From assembly GCF_006345805.1 (NCBI RefSeq), contig NC_043005.1:54932001-54996000 (forward strand): DNA of 64,000 nt, read 5' to 3'. The notes under the pieces are model-generated. The model worked only from the letters and a program-made list of their open reading frames with translations, was not told the origin of the DNA and did not search any database. This DNA comes from Octopus sinensis (lineage: Eukaryota). Both the position numbers and the translations under genes were made by a program. Positions 25,979 to 39,599 of the stretch are shown piece after piece (the first letter of the stretch is position 1; each line of letters opens with the position of its first letter).

Positions 25979-26671
25979 TTAATCATTACATTTTGGTAGC
26001 ATGTGCATCATCCCTTTCAGATTATGATTCGGTAGATTAAACCAGTCCTAAGCATCATTGCTGATGCACTAAAGCACTATTGCAGGAGCATGAATACAAT
26101 GAAAATAAACACAAAGTTGTACTTGCATTGTTTTCCACTGAGATGATGAGAAAGTTAAAATGCAAGCTAATGGACATCCAGTCCAAATGCTATTTCATAC
26201 TGGTGTTGCCTACTCTACCCATTCCAGTTTCAATATTAGCAAATTTAATATTAATTATGAATGAAACTTATTGATAAATATTGAACTTTTAATGTTTCAT
26301 ATCTGGCATACAACAGCTCTATTTAACTAGTCAGTTAAAAAAGAAAAACAGCACTTAAGCTTTGTTGTTAATAGCTCCTATGACTTTGGATTAATCAGTG
26401 CAGGCAGTTTGAAGAGTACGTTGCCTTATGATATTTCTGATTATTTATCATCAATAATATGTTATAACATTAAAATTTCATTACTGGATTTAGTTCTCTA
26501 GTTGCACTTCACATTAAGAAAAAATAGATGAAAAATGAACTTTTCTGCAATGGGTGCAAAAGAAAGATGGTAAATTGAGATAATATATGCTAATTGCAAT
26601 GTCCATTTCATTGACAAGATTCAAGACTTTTTCTCACCCAGTGCACCACATTTTGAAACCAGTGTTAAATG

Positions 26672-27070
26672 ACATGGGCATGGTTGTGGGTTGAGAAGCT
26701 GGTTTTGTAACCATGCAGTTTTGCATTCAGTCCTGCTGCATTGCACTTTGGACAGTTGTTTTCTACCATAGCCCCAGGCTGACTGACAGTACTTTGTGAG
26801 TGAATTTCACAGGCAGAAACTGTATGGAAGCCTTTTGTAAACACACCATACATTGTGTGTGTATGTGAGTGTGTGTTTGTGATCTCCACTGCTTGGCAAT
26901 CAGTGTTGGTTTGTTCACATCCCCATAACTTATCAGTTTGGCAAAAGACAGAATAAGTACCTGACTTAATAAGAAAAGAAGTACTGGGGTTAATTAATTT
27001 GGTTAATATTCTTTAAGGCAGTCCTGTTGTGTGGCTGTGGTCCAGTGAAAGAAACAAATAAAGAGGATAA
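26672..27070 (+). mobile_element. SINE family A, diverged
   Basis: Head, short TG tract and tail recognisable. Confidence 0.75.
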
Positions 27071-27299
27071 AAGATACACAAAGAGCAAAAGTTTTTCTTC
27101 AAGTGATGTAAAGAGTGAAGGACAGGTTTAGGAGAAGACTCTATACTCTATGCCCAGTAAATACCAGTAATGGTTTTTAATTAGTTGACTGCAGACGGAC
27201 CTCAAAAGTAACAGTTCCATTTTCTTACATCATCTTTGCAGCAATCAAAATCAAAAATAGATTGAAGAATTTAAGAAAAAAAAAAAAAAGGAAGAGGAA

Positions 27300-29340
27300 A
27301 AAGAAGCATTCCTTGCTTAACTGAAAGATGGCAATGCATTGATTAATCAAATAAGTGCATCTTTCGTAGAGATTCTAGGTGTATATATCTTAATAACTGG
27401 TATTTAGTCTAATAGGCATGAATCAACAGATTTGTATTCTCAAGTTGGACGAAGTAATTAGGAAATATTTAGGTTGGATATACTATTTTATCACATGTTT
27501 ATAATGTAAGAAATTGCAGATATATTTGAGTATCTTCTTGGGGTAAGCATGAAGAAAATTAAAAAAAATTTTTTTTTGAAGAAATCTAATGATCTTCTTA
27601 CACTGTAACCCTGTTATTGCAATTTTTTTTCCCCCCAATTGGTGATGATTCTGAATGTATTATAGCAGGAATAATGTCTCTAAATAGAAAGCCCATAACA
27701 TATGTTAGTGATGTACTTTATAGTACCCAGGGAAATAGGAGCAGTATTCATCATAAGGATTCTGATGCTGTATGCTGTATTTAAAGGCAGACATTTTCTC
27801 TTTGGGAAATTTTACTCACTGGTGACTTACCGTTTAGTTATTGCAATTCATTTCTTCAAATTTTCTTCATGTTCCCAAGTAAGTTTCTCAACAGATTGTT
27901 AGCTGGTCTCTTATATGATTTCCATATCATTCACATGCCTCATAAAGCCAGGAGTCATGTCGATAGTGTTAGTAGATTAAAGTAGGATTCAAATCAGTTT
28001 GATACAGTGTTCTTTACAAATGAATTCCATTCTGACATAGGTAAAGTTGTATTCATTTTTATTGATACTCGAATTGTTGAAGACAGTATAGAATTTTTTA
28101 ATGCATTTTTAACACCTGTGTTAAAGAATGACAGTTTGCTAGACATTCTTCTGCTAAGACGGTAGAGAATGATGTTATATTTAATAAAATCAGGCTGTTT
28201 GTTCCTAAAACCTATCTTGCAAAAGTTCTTTTGACAATTCGTGACACATGGCTATATATCAAATGGTGAAGAAAGGAAAAGCTTGTATTTTGTAGAGATA
28301 ACAACAAAGAATTTATCAAATCTTGTAACTATGTGCTAAAATCAGATTTAAAGACACTTCCTTATACTGCTATTTGGTCAGAATCACAGCTTTGGTAAAT
28401 ATTATATTTAGATCAAAATGCATTCAAAATGCTGGGAATGTGTTCATCACAGTTGATTCAGCCACATCAGGCATTGAGGCCATTTTATGTTTCTGTAGGT
28501 GCTTGGAAAGTATAAAGAAATCATTGCGATCCATTTTCTGTTGAACGATAGTGGTATCAGAAAATGGACCGGAATATATTCAGTTAAGTAACTGGTTCAA
28601 TCAGCCCGGTTGCAGGAAAACGGAAAGTCCTACCTCCAGTCCATAATCTAATGGGGCAGCAGAAAGAGCTGTGCAAACAATCAAGTCTGCATTAAAAATT
28701 TATGTCTAACAACTGGAAAGTTTGATGAGTATTTGCTGAAGGTTCCTTTCCTCATCACAGTGCATCTGGTGCATGTAAATTTTTCTCTATCTGAGAAATT
28801 ACTTGGCAGACAATTAAAAGTAGCTGAAAACTCTTTTTTTTTTTTTTTTTTTTTTTGTTTTTTTATAAAGCTGGACAAATGGTTCATTATAAGAAAATAT
28901 AATGATATTTCCTTTTAATATACATTGTCTGATTCGTGCTGGCAGGAGCACAGAATGGATTAAACGTGATTATGAAAAAGCTCAGCATAAATTGAACTAA
29001 ATAGCTCCTAAATATCTTTCCACAAGTACATCTGCTAACTACGATAACGTTATCAATTGGCCAACAGCACCAGCTTCTCCTTCTCCTGCAGACCTAACTA
29101 CCACTTGATCATGTGATCCCTTCTAATGTTTTAAACAGATCAATATCATGATGATTATGTGAGCCCTTGAAGTAATGTTTCTAACAGGTCAGTATCATCA
29201 ATTCTTCCAGCTGATACTGCTGTTAATATTCAATCTCTTAACACCTCCCAGACTACCAATGCTACTAAATCATGCTCATCCTCACAGCCGCTAAGAAAAG
29301 TAATACAACCTCACTACCTAAGAAGTGCAGCAATGTGAAG
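27300..29340 (+). mobile_element. Decayed Ty3/Gypsy pol (RNase H-like and integrase), no LTR recognised
   Basis: HFLFGKFYSLVTYRL resembles the RNase H-like motif HYLFGRKFTLVTDHKPL. IVVSENGPEY and P*SNGAAERAVQTIKSALK (28640-28700) match the integrase core. Confidence 0.85.
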
Positions 29341-30294
29341 GGAAGTCCAAGGCAGCTCGGGCATAATGTCTAACTAGAGTTAACTTTTATGGTTGAAGTA
29401 ATGTTATATTTTTAGTATACTAGATAGTTACCTGTTTTGTACTTACTGTATTATTAACCCCATTGTTACCAAATTTCTGTTGAATTTTTTTTACCTTTCA
29501 ATTAATATAAGAAAAAAAAAATAATGAAGAATGTTATAAAATAATGTTGTCGTTATAAAGTTGAAGTTTGGAACATGACATAAAATATTAATTTCATATT
29601 TTGGTACAAGGCCAGCAATTTCACCGGAGGGGATAAGTTAACTGCATTTGACCTCCCTGAAAGGATGAAGGGCAAAGTTGACCTTAATGGAATTTGAACT
29701 CAAAATGTGAAGATGGAGAAAACGCTGCTAACAATTCTGGCAGCTTAACATGAAATATTAACAGGAAGTTTTAATTTAGTTCACTTTAAAACGGAGTTAG
29801 TACTATAAAAACAAGGGCAGTTTTGGATGGCTTAGTATCAAAATAGTTAATATGTAAATGTTTCCCATCAAGATCAGCACATTGAGTCTGCTTGATCCAC
29901 GGTATCATTGTTATGTTAATGCTGTGGTGTGACATATTATTTGCATGCTTGCACATAGTCGGAACTGTTTAAAGTGACTATCGGTTCAATGGAATGAACA
30001 ATTTCTGTAGTATGCATGGTTTGAGTGGGTCTTCTTTAGCAACATGCTCCAATTCAAGGCAGTTTGTGAAATGTGTCTTTATGATAGACAGTGTATTTCA
30101 TTTGACTCATTTGAATGTGGGGGAAGTACATGTTAAAACAATGATAATGATATGTTATACACATATAATACATCACATATATAAATATATACCTAATGAG
30201 TATGTGTGAATGTGTATACACACACACACACACATATTTGATGTATTCTCTATTTATGAACAACAAATGAGGGCTCAGTAAAATAAAGCAGTAA

Positions 30295-30420
30295 TTATGT
30301 TCTATGGAACCAGAAGTGTCTCTTGCGGCCTGCTGGTGCCTTGAAAATTTTTCGGCAAAGAGAACAAGTTGAAGACTCAGTTTGCTCAAGTACTTGTGGA
30401 TCATTTACTATATGTTTTCT
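30295..30420 (-). mobile_element. Isolated C2H2 zinc-finger ORF fragment, probably the C-terminus of an RTE-clade LINE ORF2
   Basis: RKHIVNDPQVLEQTESSTCSLCRKIFKAPAGRKRHFWFHRT* has exact C-x2-C-x12-H-x3-H spacing and is cut off upstream by a MITE. Confidence 0.5.
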
Positions 30421-30634
30421 TGGGGTGCTGAAAGGTTCCTGGCTTTAATGGTATCGTGAAAAGCCTGGTTGAAGGCCCAACTTTCTGCGTTCTATTACTG
30501 AGCTGAGAAAATCTGAAAGGCTGCTGCAATAAGCATGTGCATCAGAGGGGGCGGGGGATATTGAATAAAATCATAATTAACCAATCCTCCTGTATTTTCT
30601 TTTACCCACAGTCAGGAACTTTTCAACACCCCCT
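30418..30634. mobile_element. Mariner-type MITE
   Basis: TIRs ggggtgctgaaaggttcctggct / agtcaggaacttttcaacacccc. A reverse copy lies at about 63490-63703 and a short copy at about 18365-18455. Confidence 0.8.
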
Positions 30635-30651
30635 TTATGTATATGCACATT

Positions 30652-30827
30652 TGCAGCAGTGTCATTGAGAAGTTAACTTCCCAGCTGTATGGTTTGGGGT
30701 TCAGTCCTACTCTGTGGCACCTTGGGCAAGTGTCTTTTACTATAACCCTACATCAACCAAATCCTTACGAGTGGATTTGGTGGATGGAAGCTATAAGAAG
30801 CTTATTGTGTGTGTGTGTGTGTGTGTG

Positions 30828-30864
<37 letters not shown>

Positions 30865-31150
30865 CATGTGTACATATATGTGTGTGTGTGTGTGTATATA
30901 TACATGTGTACATATATGTGTGTGTGTATATGTACATATATGTGTGCATGTTTGTACCCCATCACTGCTTGACAACTTGTGTTGGTGTCCTTGTGTCTCT
31001 GTGACTTAGCAGTTCATCTAAAGATCTGATAGAAGAAATACCATAATTTATAACTATAAAACTAAAGTACTGGGGTCGATTCTTTCAACTAAAATTCCTC
31101 AGAGTGGTGCCCCAGCATGCTTACAGTATATTGACTGAAACAATAATCAA
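30652..31150 (+). mobile_element. SINE family A
   Basis: Head, compound TG/TA tract and tail. Confidence 0.85.
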
Positions 31151-31154
31151 AGAA

Positions 31155-31223
<69 letters not shown>

Positions 31224-31869
31224 ATACGCACCCACACCTTGTGTAGTTGTAAAGCTTGTTTCTCAGCTATATGGTTTTAGGTTCCGTTCCATTGCACTTT
31301 CGACAAGCGTCTTCTATAGCCCTAACCTAACCAAAGACTTATAGGTTAAAGGAAACTGAAAGCCAATTGCATGTGCATATATGTGTGTGTGTTTGTCTTG
31401 ATTTTGAATGATGGTTGCAAATGAACATCACCATCATGCAAGTAATGTTGTTCATTTCTTATCTTCCATAAAGAGTCAGTCTGCCCATGGGGGAGATATT
31501 ATCTTGCTATAAAAAATCTACTTCAATGAATTTGATGTGATTCATGCAAGCATAGGAAAAGATGTTATGGTGATGATGACTTTTGCATGCATGCATGCAC
31601 ACATGCACAGACACACACACATCACACCATGGGCCCTCAACTTCTGATCAAGTCATTGGATCAGAGGCTGCTTTGTGCTGGGTATTTAGGCCGTATTAGC
31701 TGTTGCAATTGGAATTAATCAGGCATAACTGAAATGGCTTCATGAATTTACATATCTTGCCTTTGTTGGTGGTGTGGTTAAATATTTAATAAATATTTTC
31801 TAAGTAAGCAACTCATGTAAAAATCTAGGCTAAATGTAATGTATTTAGTGGCATATATATATACATGCG

Positions 31870-32205
31870 TGAAAGCTCATGGCTCAGTGGTTAGAGAGTT
31901 GGGCTCACAATCATGAGGTATTGAGTTCAATCTTCCGACCAGGTTGTGTGTTGTGTTCTTGGGCAAGACACTTTATTTCATGTTGCTTCAGTTCGCTCAA
32001 CTATAGAAATGAGTTGCAATATCACTAGTGCCCAGCTGAACTGACCGTTGCCTTCTCCTTGGATAACATCGGTGGTGTGAAGAGAGGAGGCTGGTATGCA
32101 TGGATGACTGCTGATCTTCCATAAAGAATCTTGCCCGGACTTGTGCCTTGGAGGGGAACTTTCTAGGTGCAATCCCATGGTCATTTATGACCAAAGTGGG
32201 GTCCT
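31870..32205 (+). mobile_element. SINE family C
   Basis: catggctcagtggttagagag...gttcttgggcaagacactttatttc...aggtgcaatcccatggtc tail. Confidence 0.9.
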
Positions 32206-34249
32206 TTATATATACATACACATTCACATATTGATATAAATGCACACACACACGTGTCCTTCACACTCTGTTAGAAATCCCCATCCTACCATACTCCAAG
32301 TTCCCCACTCACTTCTAGTCACCTTGTACCTTGAGGGGACATGTCACCACCCCACTATTTCTTTGCAGCACCTACTGATCATTCTCTTCCTCTCTTCTAA
32401 GTGTGAATAGCTGTGCTGTCCCTCATTTCTCCTCTCATATTTGAATCCCTTGATCTCCTATAACAAAACTGACTCTCCCCTCCCTCAGGATCATACTTTT
32501 GAGAGTTGCATAGAAACTTCACAGATGCCGGTGGTGCAAAAAATGCACCCAGTACATGCTGTGAAGTGGTTGGTATTAGGAAGTGCATCCAGCCCTAGAA
32601 CCCATCTCAAAGTTGACACTGGAGCACAATGCAGTCCTTGGATCTGTTGGATCCTGTTAAACCATCCAATCCATGTCAGCATGGAATGTGGGCATGAAAT
32701 GATGATGATGATATATATATAATGTATAATATACAGGAGTGGCTGTGTGATGAGTAGCTTGCTTATCAACCACATGGTTCAGGGTTCAGTTCCACTGCGT
32801 GGCACCTTGGGCAATTGTCTTCTACTGTAGCTTCAGGCCGACCAAAGCCTTGTGAGTGGATTTGGTAGACAGTAACTGTAAGAAGCCCATCATATGTGTG
32901 TGTGTGTTTGTTCCTCCAACATTGCTTGACAACCAATGCTGGTGTTTTTACATCCCTGTAACTTAGCAGTTTGGCAAAAGAGACCAATTAAATAAGTACT
33001 AGGCTTACAAAGAATAAGTCCTGGGGTCGATTTGCTCGACTAAAGATGGTGCTCCAGCATGGCTGCAGTCAAAAGAATAAAAGAAAATACACATATGTAT
33101 ACGTAAATATATATATATACATGTACATGTGTGTGTACATATGTACATATATGTATATCTGTGTATGTTTTTGTAGTGATATTTATTTGTATAAATAAGC
33201 ATACACATATGCATCTGTGTAGGCACACCTGCATGTAAACTTTCAATTGCATACACTTCTATCAGTCCATTAGTACTGTATACTCATACAAAGTGAGCTT
33301 GTGCAAACCTATTTCTCACTCAAGAATACCTAATAACTGTTACTGACATGCTATAACCATTGTCCTGCCTGTATGCTGCATGATCATTTCTCTTTGCACT
33401 GATTTTTAAAACTGCATATTAACCCCATTGAAATCTACTTAATGCATTTGCATATCTTTCCTTGTGTTTGTAGCCCATCTTATACCCTTCAGCTACCCTT
33501 AACTGCTGAATTTTATCCTAATTTTCACATAAAAGTACCTTCAGCAAAATTCTTTTCACTTTCCTTTGACATTCTCTTGACGCTCATGCAGAAAGCATAC
33601 TAAGGCCTCGCCTTTTTTTTCTCATTTTTAGAGGGTGGTCGAAATAGGGGTGACATCTAACTAGTTTCAGATTACCAACTGGCTCTTAACCCATCACCAT
33701 TCAGATTAGTCTGTCAAATGTAAAGCCTGTTTGTTCACATTGTTTTTGCACTAATCATGCTATATCTCGTAGCTTCCAAATTTCAATCATGTGACTGTTT
33801 AGTTTTAAAATGACATTGTCGGGTAGGTGTGAGTGGACAGTTTAAACGTTAAAAGGGTTAGTGAAGTTCATATTGTTTCAAGTGTTCACTCCCAGACCAG
33901 CAGTTGTCTCCCACTCTTGTTTTTCTCCTTTTGCCTCCCCTTCTTGCTTCTTTTTATTTTTCTTTGTACACTTAGGATGTTAACTGTATCATCAGTTTCT
34001 TCAATTCATGTTGGATTGCAAAGGTCATGGGTACTTCACTGCTATTGACTAAGTTATATAAAAATACAGGTGACATGTTCTCTCAAGGTACAAGGTGACT
34101 AGAAGTGAGTGGAGAACTTGGAGTATGGTAGGGTGGGGATTTCTAACAGAGTGTGAAGGACACGTGTGTGTGCGTTTATATCAATATGTGAATGCGTATG
34201 TATATATAAAGGAGACACCCTTTGGTCAAGAATGACCATGGGATTGCAC
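32165..34249. repeat. Inverted duplication of about 185 bp (32165-32348 and 34069-34249)
   Basis: 34069-34249 is the reverse complement of 32165-32348 at roughly 92-93% identity by manual alignment, and most of it is non-SINE sequence. Confidence 0.9.
32737..33090 (+). mobile_element. SINE family A, low divergence
   Basis: ggagtggctgtgtgatgagtagcttgcttatcaaccacatggttcagggttcagttccactgcgtggcaccttgggc ... tail. Confidence 0.9.
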
Positions 34250-34710
34250 TCCTATCTAATACAGTCCAGATTCCATACCATATGCTCTCCTTGTGCATGG
34301 TCAATCCACTGCTGGACAAAGGCCTCATTATGTTCTCTTTGCCAATCATGGTCTGACATTTTCCTTGTCCATGTTTGGGTGCGAAAAAATTTAAGCAAGC
34401 TTTCATTCTAACTTCTGCATGGCCTTCCCTCCTTTTTTTCTGGATGTGGTGTCCACTCTGTCTATTTGTTATTCCTGTGAAAGACCATTTCAGAGATTTT
34501 ATTTTCCAGATAATATCTTTTAAACCTGTTCCCATTCTTATCCTGTTGTTTCTCCACTTATCCATTTTGTTAATCATCTTCAACGTTCTCTTTTCCATGA
34601 CACTTTGTGTTGGTCTTAAGTTATTTTCAAAGTTCTTGCTGGTAGTCAATGATTCTGACACATACATAATGGCAGGCAGCACACACTTGTTGGAGACCCT
34701 TCTTTTTTAG
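34250..34710 (-). mobile_element. RTE-clade LINE 3' fragment
   Basis: ORF 34176-34682: LPAIMYVSES...QSVMEKRTLK...DKWRNNRIR...IKSLKWSF...RPLSSSG, the typical C-terminal region of RTE/BovB ORF2. Confidence 0.85.
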
Positions 34711-35799
34711 ACACTATCCTCTATTTGTTTCAAAAATCTATACCGTATCTAACTATTGTCAAACTCTACACTGACTTTTTTCTTATTCCCCTAAATTCTT
34801 TCAATGCTAACCGACATGGGATCACATTTGGTACTTTCTTAAAGAATCATCAATTTAATTTATATTTGAATCAATACTTTCTAGTGTAACTTTATTGAAG
34901 AACTTTTTCTTTAGCCTTCATTTAGTCAGCAACTAAAAACTAACAAAATTTATTAGTTTGGTAAATCTTTCCAAGTTCCTGGTTATTTCCAAGATGGATT
35001 GAAATAATAACCATTGTGTTTCATTTGAAATGTGGTCATGAAAGGGTTAAAAAAAATTTGCCCTGTAACTGACCCAACCCAGACCTCATCCTAAATCTTG
35101 TCTTAACGTCTTTCATGTTCTAAAATATTTTCCGGTCCAGTGCTCCAGGTGGTGGGGGTGTTTTTCTTGTTCCAGTGTGAAGAATTCAGTCTGAAAGTGA
35201 GTGATAGTAGTGCTGACGGTACTTCTTTCATATTACGTAAAATTTACACACACACACACATATACACACTCATTGTATTGACTAGACTATCAGATGTTGC
35301 TATACACATTGTTGTTCACAATGTGCTTCTTTGCATCGTTTTAGCTTTTGATTGATGTCACTCCACATATATGATGGGCTTCTTTCAGTTTCCATCTACC
35401 ATACCCACTCACAAGAATTTGTTAGCCAAGTGGAAGACACTTGCCCAAGGTACCATGAGACTGAACTCGAAATCACCTGGTTGGGAAACAAGCTTCTTAA
35501 CCATACAGCTACACCTGCATCTATGTATGTATGTATGGATATGTGTGTGTGTGTATAAATGCATACATACATGCAAAAACATGATGTAGTTCATGTGTAC
35601 ATGTATATGTGTGTGTATTCATGCTTGTATATTGGTGCAGGTATGGCCTAATTAAAACAATCTTTTCCCAAGCATGAGGTTTCTTGGTTCACTCCCCTAT
35701 GTACATAATACATACTCACATGTATGTAAATGTCTATGTATGTTTATGTGTGTGTGTGTATCTATATATGAACAATTAGTGAAATACATAACATGTTTG

Positions 35800-37110
35800 A
35801 AAAGATGACCAAACTCAAGCAGTTCAGAAAATTGTGTAAAGTTAAACATTGAAAACGAAGAACAAAAAGCAGTGAAATATTTACAGAAAGATTCCTCTGC
35901 ATTAAAAAAAAACTGACAAAGGAGAAGACCCATTATAGGGAAATGGTCTAAGAACAATTAACTGATCAACGTTTCTATAATTTAGAAACTTGTAGATAAA
36001 CAATGGCAGATAAACATGAGCAAAATAATTGAACTAATAAGCTAATTAAAAAAAAAATTATGTTAAAATGGCTGGATTACCAAATGAATTTTGCAGTAAT
36101 AGCAAGTAACTTATACAGGCTACTGAAAATTTGTAAATTTAAAGAAATCCATAACTGCTTAAAGGACCTCAATACACTAATTGAAAAGATTCCCAAATTG
36201 TTAGATTTAATATTATGCCCAATTGTTACCAGAACAAGATTAAGGACCCAGAAATTAAACAATTTACATGACATAATTCTTGAAACTATTATGATATTTT
36301 GTTTTGAGTTCCATCAGATATGACATAGACTTCCTAAACTACATTCCAGAAAGAGTGAATAAAGTGATGATTCTAGTTAGTTTTGATGTGACTTACCTCT
36401 ACACAAATATCCTCGAATTGGCCGGAATTAGAAGCAGTAGAATTCTGGATAGACAAATACTCATACAGAGTTCAGGAGAGATTCCCGAAAGAGTTTATGC
36501 CAGAAGGATTATAAGAAGTGTGAGAAAAAAGACCTCTTTGATAACCAATCATCATCATCATCATCATCATATAACGTCCATTATCCATGCTGGCATGGAT
36601 TGGATGGTTTGACCAGGGTTGGAAAGCTGAGGAGCTGCACCAGACTCTGGTCTAATTTGACGTGGTTTCTATGGCTGGCTGCCCTTCCTAATGGCAACCA
36701 CTCTGAGTATAATGGGTGCAGACTGTCTGACACCAGAATCTGCCACGACTACAATTTCACTTGGCTTGATGGGTCTTCTTCTGAAGCGCAACATATTGTC
36801 AAAGGTCTCAGTCATTTGTCATTGCCTCCATGAGGCCCAGCACTCTAAAGGTGCATTTTATATGCCATTGTGTAATGTAACAGGACTTGTGTTTGCAACA
36901 CTAGCAATGAGATTCCTCAAAGAAAATAAACATATATGTCTCTTCTAGGATTACTTTTCATCAGTATTTCCAATCCTATTTAAAAGAAACTGGGTAAATA
37001 TTCCTGGAGGATTACTTTATATTTTAGAACAGAAGCAAGGATGACCTTACAAGATTTCTTGAATTTATAAATAGCATTCATGAATGGATCCAGTTCATTA
37101 TGGAATTGAA
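35800..37110 (+). mobile_element. Penelope-like element RT relic, interrupted by SINE E at about 36545-36905
   Basis: EEQKAVKYLQKD..KKTDKG, LCPIV, DIDFLNYIPERVNKVMILVSFDVTYLYTNI, FLEDYFIF (YxDD region) and DLTRFLEFINSIHEWIQFIME are successive PLE RT motifs. Confidence 0.85.
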
Positions 37111-37731
37111 TTGATATTTAGTATATTTATATTTATATGTACATACACTATTCATAAAAAAACTAGTTAATCACGAGGGAAATGTTACTATTGCTAGTAA
37201 CTGAATGTATCTGTAGGTGAGATAGTTCACTCATTATTTATAGAAATAATCTTGAATGATAACAAGCTATTCAAAATTATGTAGGGTATATGTCTCAATG
37301 TGTGTGTGTGCGCATACCTGTGTGTGTGTGTGTGTGTTCACACTTATCTTTAATGTTCATACATGCATATTCATATCAATAAGTACATATTTTGGCATGA
37401 GGTAAAAGTCGGGACAGCAACATTAAATGCAATCAACAGATACATAAATGTATGTGAAGATGTGCATACCCATATGTGCGCACATGCACACGCACTTGCA
37501 CACAGACGCAGTCATGCTTTTATAAAAGTAACATTTCTCCTGTTCTCTCTGGTTTTACTATATTTATGTATGTTTAAAATATATAAATTAATAGATATAT
37601 ATGTACATATCTTTGTGTGTGTATACATGTATGTTGGTATTTATGCATACATGTACATGAATGTGTTTGGGTGTGTGTGAATACATATATATATATATAT
37701 GTGTGTGTGTGTGTATATATATATACACATA

Positions 37732-38591
37732 CATGGTGCAATGGGTAAATTGTTGCCATTTTATATTTTTAATTTCAGGCATGTGCATTGTTTGTTTTTG
37801 ATTGTGCCCACTACACAGTGTAGTAGGGTCAGTTGGGCACTGTGTGTGACAATGACAGTACCATAACGCAATTCACTCTGCCAGAAATTTGGAAATAACA
37901 TACTGTACTGCTTGGTATTCATGATGGGAGCTCCAATACAAGCATTTCAGAGTGTCTGAGTTCAATCTGAGAACAATGCAATCTGAGGGTATGTACAGAG
38001 AGTGATAAAAATCAAACATCCAGTCAGCATCATGTTTGGAGTGATCACTAGTGATGGCGACATTATGGCTCCATTCATCTCCCCACATGGCCCCAGACTC
38101 AACACGTAGGTTTACATGAAGTGCGTTAAAGAGGTGGTGCTGCCGTGGGTCAAGAGGGTCGCTGCTGGAAGACCCTGCATCTGGCAACAGGACTCTGCAC
38201 CATGTTGCACAAGCAGGAGAACCCGGTCATGGCTGTCAGAGAATTTCTGCGACCACATCACCCCCAACTTATGGCCACCTAACTCCCTATACTGCAAGCT
38301 CCTTGATTATTATATGTGGGGAGCAGTTCAGCAAGAGACCAACAAAACTCCTTGTAACACCAAAGGTAAACAGAAGGCAAGGATTAAGGCAGCATTCACA
38401 ACAAAGACACCATTCAGAAGAGTTACAGGAGGACGTGGTTGAAGCCAATGGCAATTGTATTGAATAAATTTACTCTTTAGTATTTCAAGATATCTTTATG
38501 TAATTTTGGTAAATATATCTGTTAAAATGAGATGTCAGTGTTATTTTCATTTTTTTCAAAATTTAGATGGCAGTTTATTCACTGCACCCTG
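37732..38591 (+). mobile_element. Internally deleted DD37D (maT-type) mariner
   Basis: TA-flanked TIRs (catggtgcaatgggtaaattg / ggcagtttattcactgcaccctg). IMFGVITSDG, WQQDSAPC and WPPNSLYCKLLDYY, with 37 residues between the last two Asp. Confidence 0.9.
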
Positions 38592-38597
38592 TAAATA

Positions 38598-38643
<46 letters not shown>

Positions 38644-39195
38644 ATATTATATATATATATATTCTACCTTCCACCCTGCACATTTCCTCTGCATATATAG
38701 ACGTATATATGGAATTTTTTGTGTGTGCGTATATAGACGTGTGTGCATGTGAATATGTGTGTTTATAGATGTGTTTTACTGTTATTGCTTATTTTTTACA
38801 CATTTTTTTACACATTTTTCTGTACTTTGCCTTTCGCCCTGTTTTTTTCTGGTGCATGTGCATTTATAGATGTGTGTATAAAAGTTTTTGTGAGTGTGTG
38901 TGTGTGTGCGAACATGTATGCGGGTATGTATATATTTTTTAGCGAATGTGTGTGGATGTTTCAATTGAGGGTGGATGAGTATATACATATAGGCACATGT
39001 ATGTGGGTGCGTGGGCATGCATGTATGAGACATGCGTATTTACGCAATTACTATGAACATTTTTACTTGCTTACTTTTACCCCTTCCCCTTTTTAGCGGT
39101 CATTCTAATAGCTCTTTTGTATTAATAACGGTCAATCACACAGTAATTTCCCTTTGTTTAACGGTCATTTTCATAGCATTTTTTTCGATGTCCAA

Positions 39196-39254
39196 ATAAC
39201 TGAAGAGATGCCGGCATGGGTTTCTGCCCTGACATCCAAAACTCGGAGTTTTAT
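39196..39254 (+). ncRNA. Decayed type I hammerhead-ribozyme-like motif (G12>A)
   Basis: ataa-CTGAAGA-gatg..ggca..tgcc..catc-c-AAAA-ctc-g-gag-T-T-ttat. Stem I ataa/ttat, helix II gatg/catc and helix III actc/gagt are present; GAAA is mutated to AAAA at a CpG. Confidence 0.55.
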
Positions 39255-39599
39255 CATGGCTACCGAATAGTTGTCACATATTATATTTCCAGATGTGTGT
39301 GTGTATAGTGTATTTATATATGTATATATATGTACACACACATACACAGTATATTGATTTGTACACTCATGCATATATATATATATATACGCATTGTTAT
39401 GTGGTTAAGATGTTTGTTGCCTGTCTGATTTTCACTTGAGTCCTAGAGCCATGGCATCTTAGGCAAGTGTTTTTTACTTTAGCCTTAGAACAACAAAAGC
39501 CTTTTGAGTAGATTTGGTTGCTGGAATTTCTTCCCCAAAACAGAAAAAAATTTGTGAATATATGCATTTACACACACACACACATGCACACATTATTCT

